Assembly: GCA_021810565.1 (NCBI GenBank)
Contig: JAJZIM010000002.1
Coordinates: 18,429 to 82,428, forward strand
Length of the DNA stretch: 64,000 bases
Direction of reading: 5' to 3'
DNA from: Bacillota bacterium
Lineage (GTDB): Bacteria; Bacillota; Sulfobacillia; JAJZIM01
This document shows positions 27,837 through 36,672 of this stretch, piece by piece. Each line of letters opens with the position of its first letter. Within the stretch, counting starts at the first letter, position 1. The translations under genes were made by a program, and so were the position numbers. The notes under the pieces are model-generated. The model was given only the letters and a program-made list of their open reading frames with translations. It was not told where the DNA came from and did no database searches.

Positions 27837-27949
27837 GGTTGAAACCCTCCTTCCCCTCCAGGATATGTTCCGGCCGCAGCAGCGTGACCCCCGGCGACCG
27901 GACAGCAAAAAAAGGCCGCCCCCGAGGGCGACCGGCAGGTCTAGGCCCG

Positions 27950-29074
27950 CTAAAAGCTGATCTTGCGGCGGTGGGCGTACACGTTTAGCAAGAGGCCCAG
28001 GGCCAGGAAGTTTGCCAGCATGGCGGAACCGCCGTAGCTGACGAAGGGCAGCGGCACCCCCACCACCGGCAACAAGGCCACCGCCATGGCCGCGTTGACC
28101 AACACATGGAAGGCAAAGAAGGACACCACGCCCGCCGCCAGCATGCTGCCGTAAAAATCCCGCGCCAGCACGGCCACCCGCAGTCCGCGGATCAGCAGGT
28201 AGAAGTAGAGCAAAAGCAGCAGTCCCGCGCCCAAAAAGCCCAGATCGCGGCCCACCACGGCGAAGATGAAGTCCGTCTGATTGGACGGCAGGAAGCTCAG
28301 CAGCACGCCATGGTAGGCCTGGATGCCCGCCCCCGTCAAGCCTCCTGATCCCAGAGTGATCATGGCCTCCACGATCTGGTACCCCGAGCTTTGATAGTAG
28401 GCATACGGATTGAGGAAGACCAGCAAGCGCTGCAGCTGGTAGTCATGCAGGGGAATGGGCACACCGTAGCGCAGGTGCAGCACGATGTCCAGGATCACCA
28501 GCGCCGCGCCGCCACCGTAGATGCCGAGGAGGGTGGGCAGCGGCGCCCCGGCCATGATCAGCATGCCGAAGAGGATCCCCGCGAACACCATGGCCGTGCC
28601 CAGATCCGGCTGCTTGAAGATGAGCAGCATGGGAACGCCCACGTGGGCGAAGAAGGGCAACAGGTCCCGCGCCCGCTTCAGTTGCCCCTGCTTCAGGGTC
28701 AGATGGTGGGCCAAGGTCAGGATGATCACCACCTTGGCCACCTCCGAAGGCTGCAGTTGGAAGGGCCCCAGGTTGATCCAGCGCTCGCCCCCCAAGACCG
28801 AGGTTCCCTTCACCAGCACCCAAAGCAAAAGAAAGATCATCAGCCCGTAGAGATAGTAGGACAGCCGGGGCAAAGCCTCGTAGTTCATCGAGAGCATGAT
28901 CAGGAAGCCCACCACGCCCACGGCCACCCAAACCGCCTGGTGCACCATGTAGTAGTGCCCGCCGGGTTGCGTGGTGGACATGACCGCCAGTCCCAAGGCA
29001 ACGATCAGCGCCACCGTCACCAGGATCTGGTAGTCCAGGTTGCGCAGCACCCGCTTCAGCGCCAAGGGCCTCAA
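27950..29074 (-). CDS. rodA: rod shape-determining protein RodA (SEDS family, FtsW/RodA/SpoVE)
   Basis: 374 aa, 10-TM protein with FtsW/RodA consensus ...GGERWINLGPFQLQPSE..., ...FIFAVVGRDLGFLG..., ...VGVPLPFVSYGGSAML... It sits downstream of minCDE. Confidence 0.9.
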   Translation of the reverse strand: MRPLALKRVLRNLDYQILVTVALIVALGLAVMSTTQPGGHYYMVHQAVWVAVGVVGFLIMLSMNYEALPRLSYYLYGLMIFLLLWVLVKGTSVLGGERWINLGPFQLQPSEVAKVVIILTLAHHLTLKQGQLKRARDLLPFFAHVGVPMLLIFKQPDLGTAMVFAGILFGMLIMAGAPLPTLLGIYGGGAALVILDIVLHLRYGVPIPLHDYQLQRLLVFLNPYAYYQSSGYQIVEAMITLGSGGLTGAGIQAYHGVLLSFLPSNQTDFIFAVVGRDLGFLGAGLLLLLYFYLLIRGLRVAVLARDFYGSMLAAGVVSFFAFHVLVNAAMAVALLPVVGVPLPFVSYGGSAMLANFLALGLLLNVYAHRRKISF

Positions 29075-29165
29075 CTCCTCGACAGCCGACGGGCGGGCTC
29101 AGCCCGCCTCCTTCCCGATTATAGCACAGGAAGGCCGGGGCGGGCACCGCAAATTTTGCGGCCCC

Positions 29166-29453
29166 TCAGGCGTTGGAGAAGCGCTTCAGCCGCTTGACGG
29201 GGATGTTGGCCACCAAGGCCACCTGGTTCTCGGTGGTGGTCAGGTTCACATCCATATCCCGGTCGTCGATGTCCATGTAGCGGCTGATCACCAGCAGCAG
29301 ATCCTCCCGCAGGCTCTGCAGAAATTGCGGCGACACGCTGGAGCGATCGTGCACCAGCACCAGACGCAGCCGCTCCTTGGCCACCTCCTTACTGGGGGTC
29401 TCGCGCCCGAAAACCCGATTGATCAGGTCCAGCAAGTCCTCCACCCCCTTCAA
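29166..29453 (-). CDS. minE: cell division topological specificity factor MinE
   Basis: Tail of track ORF 29166..30266: (M)KGVEDLLDLINRVFGRETPSKEVAKERLRLVLVHDRSSVSP...NIPVKRLKRF. There is no in-frame ATG. Start is TTG at ~29453 (or GTG at ~29444), overlapping the minD stop. Coordinates here may be off by 1. Confidence 0.75.
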   Translation of the reverse strand: MKGVEDLLDLINRVFGRETPSKEVAKERLRLVLVHDRSSVSPQFLQSLREDLLLVISRYMDIDDRDMDVNLTTTENQVALVANIPVKRLKRFSNA

Positions 29454-30250
29454 TTCTGCCCGAACCCCATGATCTTGCGCAGCCGCTGGAAGATGCCTCC
29501 ATCCAAAGCCAACGGCTGGATGGGCACCACCTCTCCCTGGAGCCGGCGGGTGATGTCCCGGTAGGCCTCGCCCGCCTTGGAGCTGTGGCTGAGCACCGCG
29601 GGCTCGCCCCGGTTGGTGGAAATCACGATCTGCTCGTCCTCGGGCACCACCCCCAAAAGATCCACCGCCAAGATCTCCAGCATGTCCTCGATGTCCATCA
29701 TGTCGCCGCGGCGCACCATGCTGGGGCGCATCCGGTTGATGATGAGATGCGGCGAACGCATGTTGGCCGCCTCGAGCAGCCCGATGATGCGGTCCGCGTC
29801 GCGCACCGCCGCCACCTCGGGCGTGGTGACGATGATCGCCTTGTCCGCCCCGGCCACGGCGTTGCGAAAGCCCTGCTCGATGCCGGCCGGCGAGTCGATC
29901 AGGACGAAGTCGAACTCGCCGCGCAGCTCCTGGCACAGCCCCCGCATCTGGTCCGGGGTCACCGCGGTCTTGTCCTTGGTCTGGGCCGCGGGCAAGAGGT
30001 AGAGGCTCTCCATGCGCTTGTCCTTGATCAGTGCCTGCTTCAGACGGCAGAACCCCTCCACCACGTCCACCAAGTCGTAGACGATGCGGTTCTCCAGCCC
30101 CATGACCACGTCCAGGTTGCGCAGGCCGATGTCCGCGTCCACCAGCGCCACCTTGTTGCCGCTCATGGCCAGGCTGGTGCCCAGATTGGCCGTGGTGGTC
30201 GTCTTGCCCACCCCACCCTTGCCGGAGGTAACCACCAAAACTTCTCCCAT
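29450..30250 (-). CDS. minD: septum site-determining ATPase MinD
   Basis: MGEVLVVTSGKGGVGKTTTTANLG... deviant Walker A, 266 aa. Confidence 0.95.
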   Translation of the reverse strand: MGEVLVVTSGKGGVGKTTTTANLGTSLAMSGNKVALVDADIGLRNLDVVMGLENRIVYDLVDVVEGFCRLKQALIKDKRMESLYLLPAAQTKDKTAVTPDQMRGLCQELRGEFDFVLIDSPAGIEQGFRNAVAGADKAIIVTTPEVAAVRDADRIIGLLEAANMRSPHLIINRMRPSMVRRGDMMDIEDMLEILAVDLLGVVPEDEQIVISTNRGEPAVLSHSSKAGEAYRDITRRLQGEVVPIQPLALDGGIFQRLRKIMGFGQN

Positions 30251-30316
30251 GCGCGCCCGACCCCACCTTGCGGCGGGTCGGCCCTCACCTCCTCCTACAA
30301 GCTCCTCCCGTGCGCC

Positions 30317-30898
30317 TTATCCGGAGCCGTCCGCGCCGTGCCGCTCGCCGCGGGGCAGGTAGCCCTCGATCACCACCTTGCCGCTGCGCACCCGCGCCAC
30401 CTCCGGCAATCCCGGCGGGCTCTCCCCCTCGGGCGGCCGGCTGATGAGCCGACCAATGCGCAGTTGCATGGGCTGCAGGCGAAAGGCCGCCACGATGGCC
30501 CGGCTGTTTCCCATGGCTCCAGCGTGGGCCACGCCCCGCAGGGTTCCCAGCACCAGGATGTCGCCCCGCGCCACCACCTCCGCCCCGGGGTTGACGTCCC
30601 CCAGGACCACCACGTTGCCGCGGCAGCTTATCCGCTGCCCGGAGCGCAACGTGCGCCGCCACAGGAGGGTGCTGCGCTCCTCCGGGCAGCCGGCGTACTC
30701 CCTGGCCCGCCCCGGCGCGCTGCGCTCCCCCGCGGCACTCAGCACCTGATCCAGTCCCAGGCCCGCCTGACGCAGATACCGTTCGGTCGCCGCCAACTTG
30801 CTCTGCATGCGTTCCTTCAGCTCCGGGGCATCCTGCTCCTGCATGAAGAGCGCCAGCAGTCCCTCCTCCCCCTCGATGGTCGACTCTTCCTTGCCCAC
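30317..30898 (-). CDS. minC: septum site-determining protein MinC
   Basis: Track ORF 30317..31438 trimmed to a GTG start (V181; RBS GAGAGGATGGGGGGG upstream): (M)GKEESTIEGEEGLLALF... (compare B. subtilis MKTKKQQYVTIKGTKNGLTLHL). C-terminal beta-helix domain ...NVVVLGDVNPGAEVVARGDILVLGTLRG... Confidence 0.7.
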   Translation of the reverse strand: MGKEESTIEGEEGLLALFMQEQDAPELKERMQSKLAATERYLRQAGLGLDQVLSAAGERSAPGRAREYAGCPEERSTLLWRRTLRSGQRISCRGNVVVLGDVNPGAEVVARGDILVLGTLRGVAHAGAMGNSRAIVAAFRLQPMQLRIGRLISRPPEGESPPGLPEVARVRSGKVVIEGYLPRGERHGADGSG

Positions 30899-31005
30899 CG
30901 TCGACCCCCCCCATCCTCTCTCTTGTTTCCACGCGGGAGGGCCAAGTCCTTCCGGGGAAACCGCAAAAGAGTGCGACAAATATGGACGGCCTTTTTCGCC
31001 GAGGA

Positions 31006-31509
31006 TCAGCCTCTCATGCCCAGCCGCACCGGTCGGCGGCGACACCGGAAAACGCCATGCACCGGGATGGCCAGGAACATGTCGTAGACGGCCACCAACC
31101 CTGCCGTGTGCAGGAGCACGTCCACCGGCAGCCGTCCCCGAAAGACCGCCTCGTACACCAGGCCCAGGATCCCCTCCTCCAGCGCTCCGGCCAGGAAGAC
31201 CGCCAACATGACCACCAGCAGGTTTTCCCGCACCATCCGGCGGCCCAGCGCCCCGCTCAAAAGGCCCGCCGCCCCCAGGGCCAGGGCATGGAGGCCCAGG
31301 AGCCGGCCGGTCAGCAGGTCCTCCAGCAGGCCCGCCCCCAGGCCCAGGGCCACGCCGGCGCCCTCGCTCCCCAGGCCGTAGATGGCCACCACCACCAGCA
31401 CCAGATCCGGCCGGATTCCGAAAATGGTAAGCTGCCACACCACCGTGGTCTGCAACAGCACCGCCCCCAGGACCACCAGGCCGGGCACCGCCCGTCGCAA
31501 GGCCGCCAC
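31006..31509 (-). CDS. mreD: rod shape-determining protein MreD
   Basis: 167-aa hydrophobic tail of track ORF 31006..32322 (...LTIFGIRPDLVLVVVAIYGLGSEGAGVALGLGAGLLEDLL...). Start is GTG at 31509 overlapping the mreC TAG (or TTG 4 codons in). Start confidence is low. Confidence 0.65.
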   Translation of the reverse strand: MAALRRAVPGLVVLGAVLLQTTVVWQLTIFGIRPDLVLVVVAIYGLGSEGAGVALGLGAGLLEDLLTGRLLGLHALALGAAGLLSGALGRRMVRENLLVVMLAVFLAGALEEGILGLVYEAVFRGRLPVDVLLHTAGLVAVYDMFLAIPVHGVFRCRRRPVRLGMRG

Positions 31510-32315
31510 TATCCTTCCTGCACCAGGACGTACTCCAAGCGGTTGAAGGACACGGCCGGCCGCAACACGGCGTAGCGCACCAGGCCGTACTCCTGGTAGC
31601 CCGTCTTGACCACCCGCCCGATGAGCAGCCCGGCCGGATAGATGGTGCTGATGCCGGAGGTTACCACCGTGTCCCCCACCTTGACCTTGGCCTGGCGCCC
31701 GAAAAACTTCATCTGAAGCTCGGCCTTGCCCGGCACCCCCTCCACCACGCCCGTCTCTCCGGTCTGCGCCACCGTCGCCCCGGCGCCGGAGTCGTCGCTG
31801 GTGAGCAAGAGCACCGTGGCGGTATGCGCCGTCACCGAGATCACCCTCCCGACCACGCCGGCGGCGGTGACCACCGGCTGGTTGCGGGCCACCCCCGAGG
31901 CGGCTCCCCGATCCAGGGTCAGGGTGTCGAACCATTGGCTGGGGTTGCGTCCGATCACCCGGGCGGCCAGGTAGCGGCGACGGGGATGCGCTCGCACCAA
32001 GCCCAGGAGTGTCTCCAAGGACCGTTTCTGGCTGCGCAGGGTCTGCACCTGCGCCTGCAGCGACCCCACCCCGGCAAGCTGCCGCCGGAGGGCCTGGTTC
32101 TGGCGCTCGGTGGTCCCCAAGCCGGCCACGAATCCGACGGCGTGGTAGACGGCGCCAGACACCGTCTGGATGCCGCCCTGCAGGGGAGCCAGCGCCTCCT
32201 GCGCCGCCGTGCTCAGGGGGCCGGGGGTCTTCTCCCGGGCCGTCAGGCTGAGCAGCACGATCAGGGCCAGGGCCGCCGCTCCGATGAGCAGCAGTCGGCC
32301 ATGTTTGAATTCCAC
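31509..32315 (-). CDS. mreC: rod shape-determining protein MreC
   Basis: 268 aa. N-terminal TM segment and coiled coil, then ...VVTAAGVVGRVISVTAHTATVLLLTSDDSGAGATV...GISTIYPAGLLIGRVV... Confidence 0.9.
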   Translation of the reverse strand: MEFKHGRLLLIGAAALALIVLLSLTAREKTPGPLSTAAQEALAPLQGGIQTVSGAVYHAVGFVAGLGTTERQNQALRRQLAGVGSLQAQVQTLRSQKRSLETLLGLVRAHPRRRYLAARVIGRNPSQWFDTLTLDRGAASGVARNQPVVTAAGVVGRVISVTAHTATVLLLTSDDSGAGATVAQTGETGVVEGVPGKAELQMKFFGRQAKVKVGDTVVTSGISTIYPAGLLIGRVVKTGYQEYGLVRYAVLRPAVSFNRLEYVLVQEG

Positions 32316-32340
32316 GCTTCACCGCCCTTCCACAGCTGCG

Positions 32341-33369
32341 CTAGCGGCGGTTTCTCCGGCGCAGGAATTGCAACAGGTTGGAATATTCCAGGCACTTGCC
32401 CGTCCCTCGCACCACGCACAGGAGGGGTTCCTCCGAGAGGTTCACCGGCATCCCCGTCTCCCGCGTCACCAGCCGGTCGAAATTGCGCAGCAGGGAGCCG
32501 CCGCCGGTCATGACGATCCCCCGGTCCATGATGTCCGCCGCCAGCTCCGGAGGGGTCTTCTCCAGGGTGACCTTGATGGCCTCCACGATCTGCCCCACCG
32601 GTTCCTCCATCGCCCTTTGAATCTCCGTGGCCTTGACCTGCAGGGTCTTGGGCAGCCCCGTGACCAGGTCGCGGCCACGCACGTCCATGGAGCCCTCCCC
32701 CGGGTCGCAGGCGGCGCCGATGCGGATCTTGACCTCCTCCGCCGTGCGCTCCCCGATCATCATGTTGTAGGTGCGCTTGATGTAGTTGATGATCGCCTCG
32801 TCCATCTCGTCCCCGGCCACCCGGATGGACCGGGCGGTGACGATGCCTCCCAGGGAGATGATGGCCACCTCGGTGGTGCCGCCGCCGATGTCCACCACCA
32901 TGTTGCCCATGGGCTCCTCCACCGGCAGCCCCGCCCCGATGGCCGCCGCCATGGGCTCCTCGATCACGTAGGCCTCCCGGGCGCCCGCCTGCTCCGCCGC
33001 CTCCTTGACCGCCCGCTCCTCCACTCCCGTGACCCCCGAGGGGACGCAGATCACCACCCGCGGGTGGATGATGTTGTTCTTGCTCTGGGCCTTGCGGATG
33101 AAATATTTCAGCATGCTCTGGGTCACGTCGAAGTCGGCGATGACCCCGTCCTTCATGGGGCGGATGGCCACGATGTTGCCCGGCGTGCGGCCGATCATCT
33201 GTTTGGCCCCCTCCCCCACGGCCAGCACCGCCCCGTTGCTGCGGTCGATGGCCACCACCGAGGGCTCCTGGAGCACGATGCCCCGGCCCTTAAGATACAC
33301 CAGGGAGTTGGCCGTCCCCAGGTCTATGCCCATGTCCCGCGACAGATGCCGGTAGATGAATTCGAACAC
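32341..33369 (-). CDS. mreB: rod shape-determining actin homolog MreB
   Basis: [41 protein letters not shown]...[16 protein letters not shown]... The start may be M1 or M13. Confidence 0.95.
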   Translation of the reverse strand: MFEFIYRHLSRDMGIDLGTANSLVYLKGRGIVLQEPSVVAIDRSNGAVLAVGEGAKQMIGRTPGNIVAIRPMKDGVIADFDVTQSMLKYFIRKAQSKNNIIHPRVVICVPSGVTGVEERAVKEAAEQAGAREAYVIEEPMAAAIGAGLPVEEPMGNMVVDIGGGTTEVAIISLGGIVTARSIRVAGDEMDEAIINYIKRTYNMMIGERTAEEVKIRIGAACDPGEGSMDVRGRDLVTGLPKTLQVKATEIQRAMEEPVGQIVEAIKVTLEKTPPELAADIMDRGIVMTGGGSLLRNFDRLVTRETGMPVNLSEEPLLCVVRGTGKCLEYSNLLQFLRRRNRR

Positions 33370-33388
33370 CCTTATCCCCTTTCCCCGC

Positions 33389-34069
33389 TTAGAATCCCCA
33401 CTCCAACCCTTGCTCCCGCAGGCTCACGTACCGGTTCTCCCCGATCACCAGGTGGTCCAACACCTCGATCCCCAACAATCGCCCGGCCCTGCCCAGCCGA
33501 CGGGTCAGGTCCTTGTCCTCGGTACTGGGCGTGGGATCCCCGCTGGGGTGGTTGTGGGCCAGGATCACCGCCGCCGCGTTGCGCCGGATGGGTCCCTTGA
33601 AGATGTCCCGGGGATGCACCGGCACGGCGGCCAGACTCCCCACGCAGACCGTCTCCACCGCCAGCACCCGGTGCCGGGTGTCCAAGGCGATGGTCTGGAA
33701 ATGCTCCTGCTCCAGGTAGCGCATCCGCTCCATCAGCAGCCTGGCCGCATCGCCGGCGCCCCGGATCAGGGTGCGCTCCTCCCGCCACGCGGCTAGCCGA
33801 CGCCCCAGCTCCAAGGCCGCCAGCAGGCGCGCCACTTTGGCCGGTCCGAGCCCGCTCACCCGCAACAGTTCCGGCCCGGACAGGCTCGCCACGGCGCGGA
33901 GGCTGCCCCCGGACAAGAGGCGCTGGCCCAGTTCCACCGCCGTCGCCGTGCGGGTGCCGCTGCCGATCAGGATGCCCAACAGCTCGGCGTCGGAAAGCAC
34001 CCCCGCCCCCCCGGCCAGCAGCCGTTCCCGCGGTCGCTCGGCCGCCGGCAGGTCCTTCAGCTTGAGGTG
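33389..34069 (-). CDS. radC: RadC-like JAB-domain protein
   Basis: 226-aa tail of track ORF 33389..34579: (H)[17 protein letters not shown]...[14 protein letters not shown]...[28 protein letters not shown] (JAMM HNHPSG). There is no canonical ATG/GTG/TTG where homologs start (M..IKDLP). The nearest ATG is ~80 codons upstream inside maf. Start is uncertain. Confidence 0.7.
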   Translation of the reverse strand, partial: HLKLKDLPAAERPRERLLAGGAGVLSDAELLGILIGSGTRTATAVELGQRLLSGGSLRAVASLSGPELLRVSGLGPAKVARLLAALELGRRLAAWREERTLIRGAGDAARLLMERMRYLEQEHFQTIALDTRHRVLAVETVCVGSLAAVPVHPRDIFKGPIRRNAAAVILAHNHPSGDPTPSTEDKDLTRRLGRAGRLLGIEVLDHLVIGENRYVSLREQGLEWGF

Positions 34070-34665
34070 GGCGCTGCGGTGGGCAGCACTTCCAGCCCTG
34101 CCGCGCGCAAAAGCCCCGCCAGCCGGAACAGCGGCAGCCCCACCACGTTGAAGAAGCAGCCCTCGATCCGCTCGACGAAGATGGACCCCAGCCCCTGGAC
34201 GGCGTAGGCCCCTGCCTTGTCCAGGGGTTCGCCGCTGTCCACATAGGCCGCGATCTCCCACGGCTCCATCGGGCGCATGTACACCCTCGTGACCTCGCTG
34301 GCCGTCAGGCATCTCCCCGTCTCCACCTCCTTCAGCGCTATACCCGTGTGCACCATATGGGAGCGTCCGGACAAGAGGGTGAGCATCCCTCGGGCCGCCG
34401 CGGCGTCCACCGGCTTGCCCAGAATGCGCCCCCCGACCGCCACCACGGTGTCCGCCCCCAGCACCACACCACCGGTGCGTCCGGCGGCCACCGCCTCCGC
34501 CTTGGCCCGGGCCAGCCGGCACACCGCCTGCTCCGCCGGCAACCCGGGCGGCACCTCCTCCGGCACCCCGCTTCGGCACACCTCGAAGGTCAGCCCCAGT
34601 TGGCGCAAGAGCTGAGCGCGCCGCGGCGAGGCCGAGGCCAGCACCAAGGCGACGGGCCTAGGCAC
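34057..34665 (-). CDS. maf: Maf-like nucleoside-triphosphate pyrophosphatase (septum formation protein Maf)
   Basis: MPRPVALVLASASPRRAQLLRQLGLTFEV...ADTVV...GKP...AGAYAVQG. Confidence 0.9.
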   Translation of the reverse strand: MPRPVALVLASASPRRAQLLRQLGLTFEVCRSGVPEEVPPGLPAEQAVCRLARAKAEAVAAGRTGGVVLGADTVVAVGGRILGKPVDAAAARGMLTLLSGRSHMVHTGIALKEVETGRCLTASEVTRVYMRPMEPWEIAAYVDSGEPLDKAGAYAVQGLGSIFVERIEGCFFNVVGLPLFRLAGLLRAAGLEVLPTAAPTSS

Positions 34666-34987
34666 GCCGCACCAGCAGCCACAAAGCCACCACCGCGGCG
34701 GCTATCCCGGCCAGGTTGACGTGCAGCCAGATGGACAGCCCCAGGATGTACAGGTTGAGCCCCGTCAGAGAGAAGCCGTAGGGCTTGGCCAGGAAGGGGG
34801 CATAGGGGGCCGCAAGGCTACCGATCACCGATCCGGCCAGGAGCGCCACGAACAGACTCAGGACGAACAGCCACCCGTTGATCGACCTTCCGCGCACCGC
34901 TTCGCCTCCCACACCCGGGCAATGCCTAGGGGAATTCGTCCCGAGCGGGTCAAAATCCTGTCTACCTGCCTCTGACGCGCTCCCCAC
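34658..34987 (-). CDS. small hydrophobic membrane protein (possibly DUF4321-like; start uncertain)
   Basis: 2-3 TM segments (...WLFVLSLFVALLAGSVIGSLAAPY...LNLYILGLSIWLHVNLAGIAAAVVALWLLV). The track ORF start overlaps the tnpB 3' end by 130 nt. An internal GTG (~34849) would give a 63-aa protein. Confidence 0.4.
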   Translation of the reverse strand: MGSASEAGRQDFDPLGTNSPRHCPGVGGEAVRGRSINGWLFVLSLFVALLAGSVIGSLAAPYAPFLAKPYGFSLTGLNLYILGLSIWLHVNLAGIAAAVVALWLLVRRA

Positions 34988-36672
34988 GGCTGAAGCCGGG
35001 GGGTTCTACCGGAGGACCCCATTACGCCTTTTCCGGGCTCTCCTGGCCCCGTGGTCCCATGCCTCAGGCCGGCAAGGCCAGGGGCACGGACCTCAGCATC
35101 ATGGCTTCCACGATTTCCGACCGTGGCTCCGGCTTTCGTCGCGACGGGCTCAGACCCGAAGCCCAGGAGTCGAGCCTCCTTGAGCCCCAGGGAGGCAGGA
35201 GTCCAGTTCCCGCCGACTCGCCCGTTGGTTTCGGCCTGCAGCCGCTCGAACGCCGCACGCAGGAGGTCGTCCCCACCCGGCCAGGCCTCTTGTGCTCGGC
35301 CCGCGTTCAGCAGCCATATCTGCCGGTCGCATGACAGCGCCATGGGTTCCACGAAGGACGCCAGGTAGGCGCTGTACAGGTCGCGCTGGGCCACCGCGCC
35401 GCAGGCCGGGCAGCGGTGCCAGCGAAGGGACCGGGGCTTTTTCTCCCGGTGTCCGCAGTGGCAAACCTGGGACAGGGCGGTGGTCCGCGTGGGGAAGGCT
35501 CGCACGGCTCCGCCGGCACTCTCAGCCTTGCGGGAAAGCCGGGCGAAGAACATCCCCGGAGCGCGGAAGCCCACCGATTTGCCGAAACGCTTCTGCCAGC
35601 CCCTAATCGACACGTCCTCGTGGAGGAAGACATCCCCGAGGGCGAGCACCCGGTTAACCAGACGCCCCTGCAATGATTTGCGGTGTGCCGCCAGGGTGCG
35701 ATGGGCATCTCCCAAAGCCGCCTGCGTCTTCTTCATCCCCAGGGACGTGCGCCATTTCTTCGGTCCCTTGCGGATGGTGCCGTTGGGGTGGTAGTTCCCG
35801 GGGTTGTTGGCCCGGCGCTGCCGGTCCAGCTTGCGGGAGAGCCGCCGGATCTCCAGGTGCTTCGGCATCAGTTCCCCGCAGAAGGGAGTGACGAGCACAT
35901 GGTCCTCTCCCACGGCGGCCAGGGCGGGGGGCCCCGCGTCCAGGCCCACGGTCCCCTTCCCCAGGGGATATTTGACCGAGCCGTCCGGGTTCAGCTTACG
36001 GTACGGCTCGCCCTCTAGGACCAGTTGGGCAGAAAAACGGTTGCGCATCCCCATCTTCCGGCGCACGATACGCACGTACTTCACCCGGCAGGACAGCCCA
36101 TGATTGACCACGGGATCATTCCGATCGATGACGGCGTCAAGCGCCAACCCCCTCCACTCCACGGCGCCGTCGCGCCAACGGATGCCGGCGTCGTTGCTCT
36201 TGCCCTCCACGGTGTCCATTTGATTCTTCCCCTTGAACCTGACGCGCCGGGCCAGGCCGAGGGTTACCCGCTGCTGGGCACCGAAGGCCCGGGTGGCCAG
36301 CTTCTGGGCGACGTGGACGTCCAGGTGTTCTCCCAGCCAACTGCGGCGTACCTGCACGGCGTATCTCTGCAGGCCGTAGTCGGAAAAGCCGTGGGCCTTT
36401 TTCGCCCGGGAAAATGCCTTGGCCCTTTCCTTTCGTTCCTCGTCGGTGCTGTGCGGCATGGCCGTAGCGGCCCGGTAGGCTTTGGACTGACGAACCAGTT
36501 CCCAGCGACGGCAGGCCTCGCCCAGGCAGGCATTGTACAACTGCCGCGCCGCCTCCAGGCCGGCGTTGAGCACCCGCTCGTCCACCGGGCTGGTCCGGAG
36601 CGGGACCTCGCACACGAAGGATGGAGTTTCAGGCCGACTTTTGGTCTTCAACGTACTGCTTGATGAAGGCAA
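34858..36672 (-). CDS. tnpB: TnpB-like RuvC nuclease (IS200/IS605 OrfB, IS1341-type; solo, no tnpA seen)
   Basis: TTG start. N-terminus ...FVCEVPLRTSPVDERVLNAGLEAARQLYNACLGEA... is the typical OrfB N-terminal region. The zinc ribbon plus RuvC-III is ...CHCGHREKKPRSLRWHRCPACGAVAQRDLYSAYLA... 604 aa, i.e. ~170 aa longer than usual at the C-terminus (Gly/Arg-rich). Confidence 0.75.
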   Translation of the reverse strand: MPSSSSTLKTKSRPETPSFVCEVPLRTSPVDERVLNAGLEAARQLYNACLGEACRRWELVRQSKAYRAATAMPHSTDEERKERAKAFSRAKKAHGFSDYGLQRYAVQVRRSWLGEHLDVHVAQKLATRAFGAQQRVTLGLARRVRFKGKNQMDTVEGKSNDAGIRWRDGAVEWRGLALDAVIDRNDPVVNHGLSCRVKYVRIVRRKMGMRNRFSAQLVLEGEPYRKLNPDGSVKYPLGKGTVGLDAGPPALAAVGEDHVLVTPFCGELMPKHLEIRRLSRKLDRQRRANNPGNYHPNGTIRKGPKKWRTSLGMKKTQAALGDAHRTLAAHRKSLQGRLVNRVLALGDVFLHEDVSIRGWQKRFGKSVGFRAPGMFFARLSRKAESAGGAVRAFPTRTTALSQVCHCGHREKKPRSLRWHRCPACGAVAQRDLYSAYLASFVEPMALSCDRQIWLLNAGRAQEAWPGGDDLLRAAFERLQAETNGRVGGNWTPASLGLKEARLLGFGSEPVATKAGATVGNRGSHDAEVRAPGLAGLRHGTTGPGEPGKGVMGSSGRTPRLQPWGARQRQVDRILTRSGRIPLGIARVWEAKRCAEGRSTGGCSS

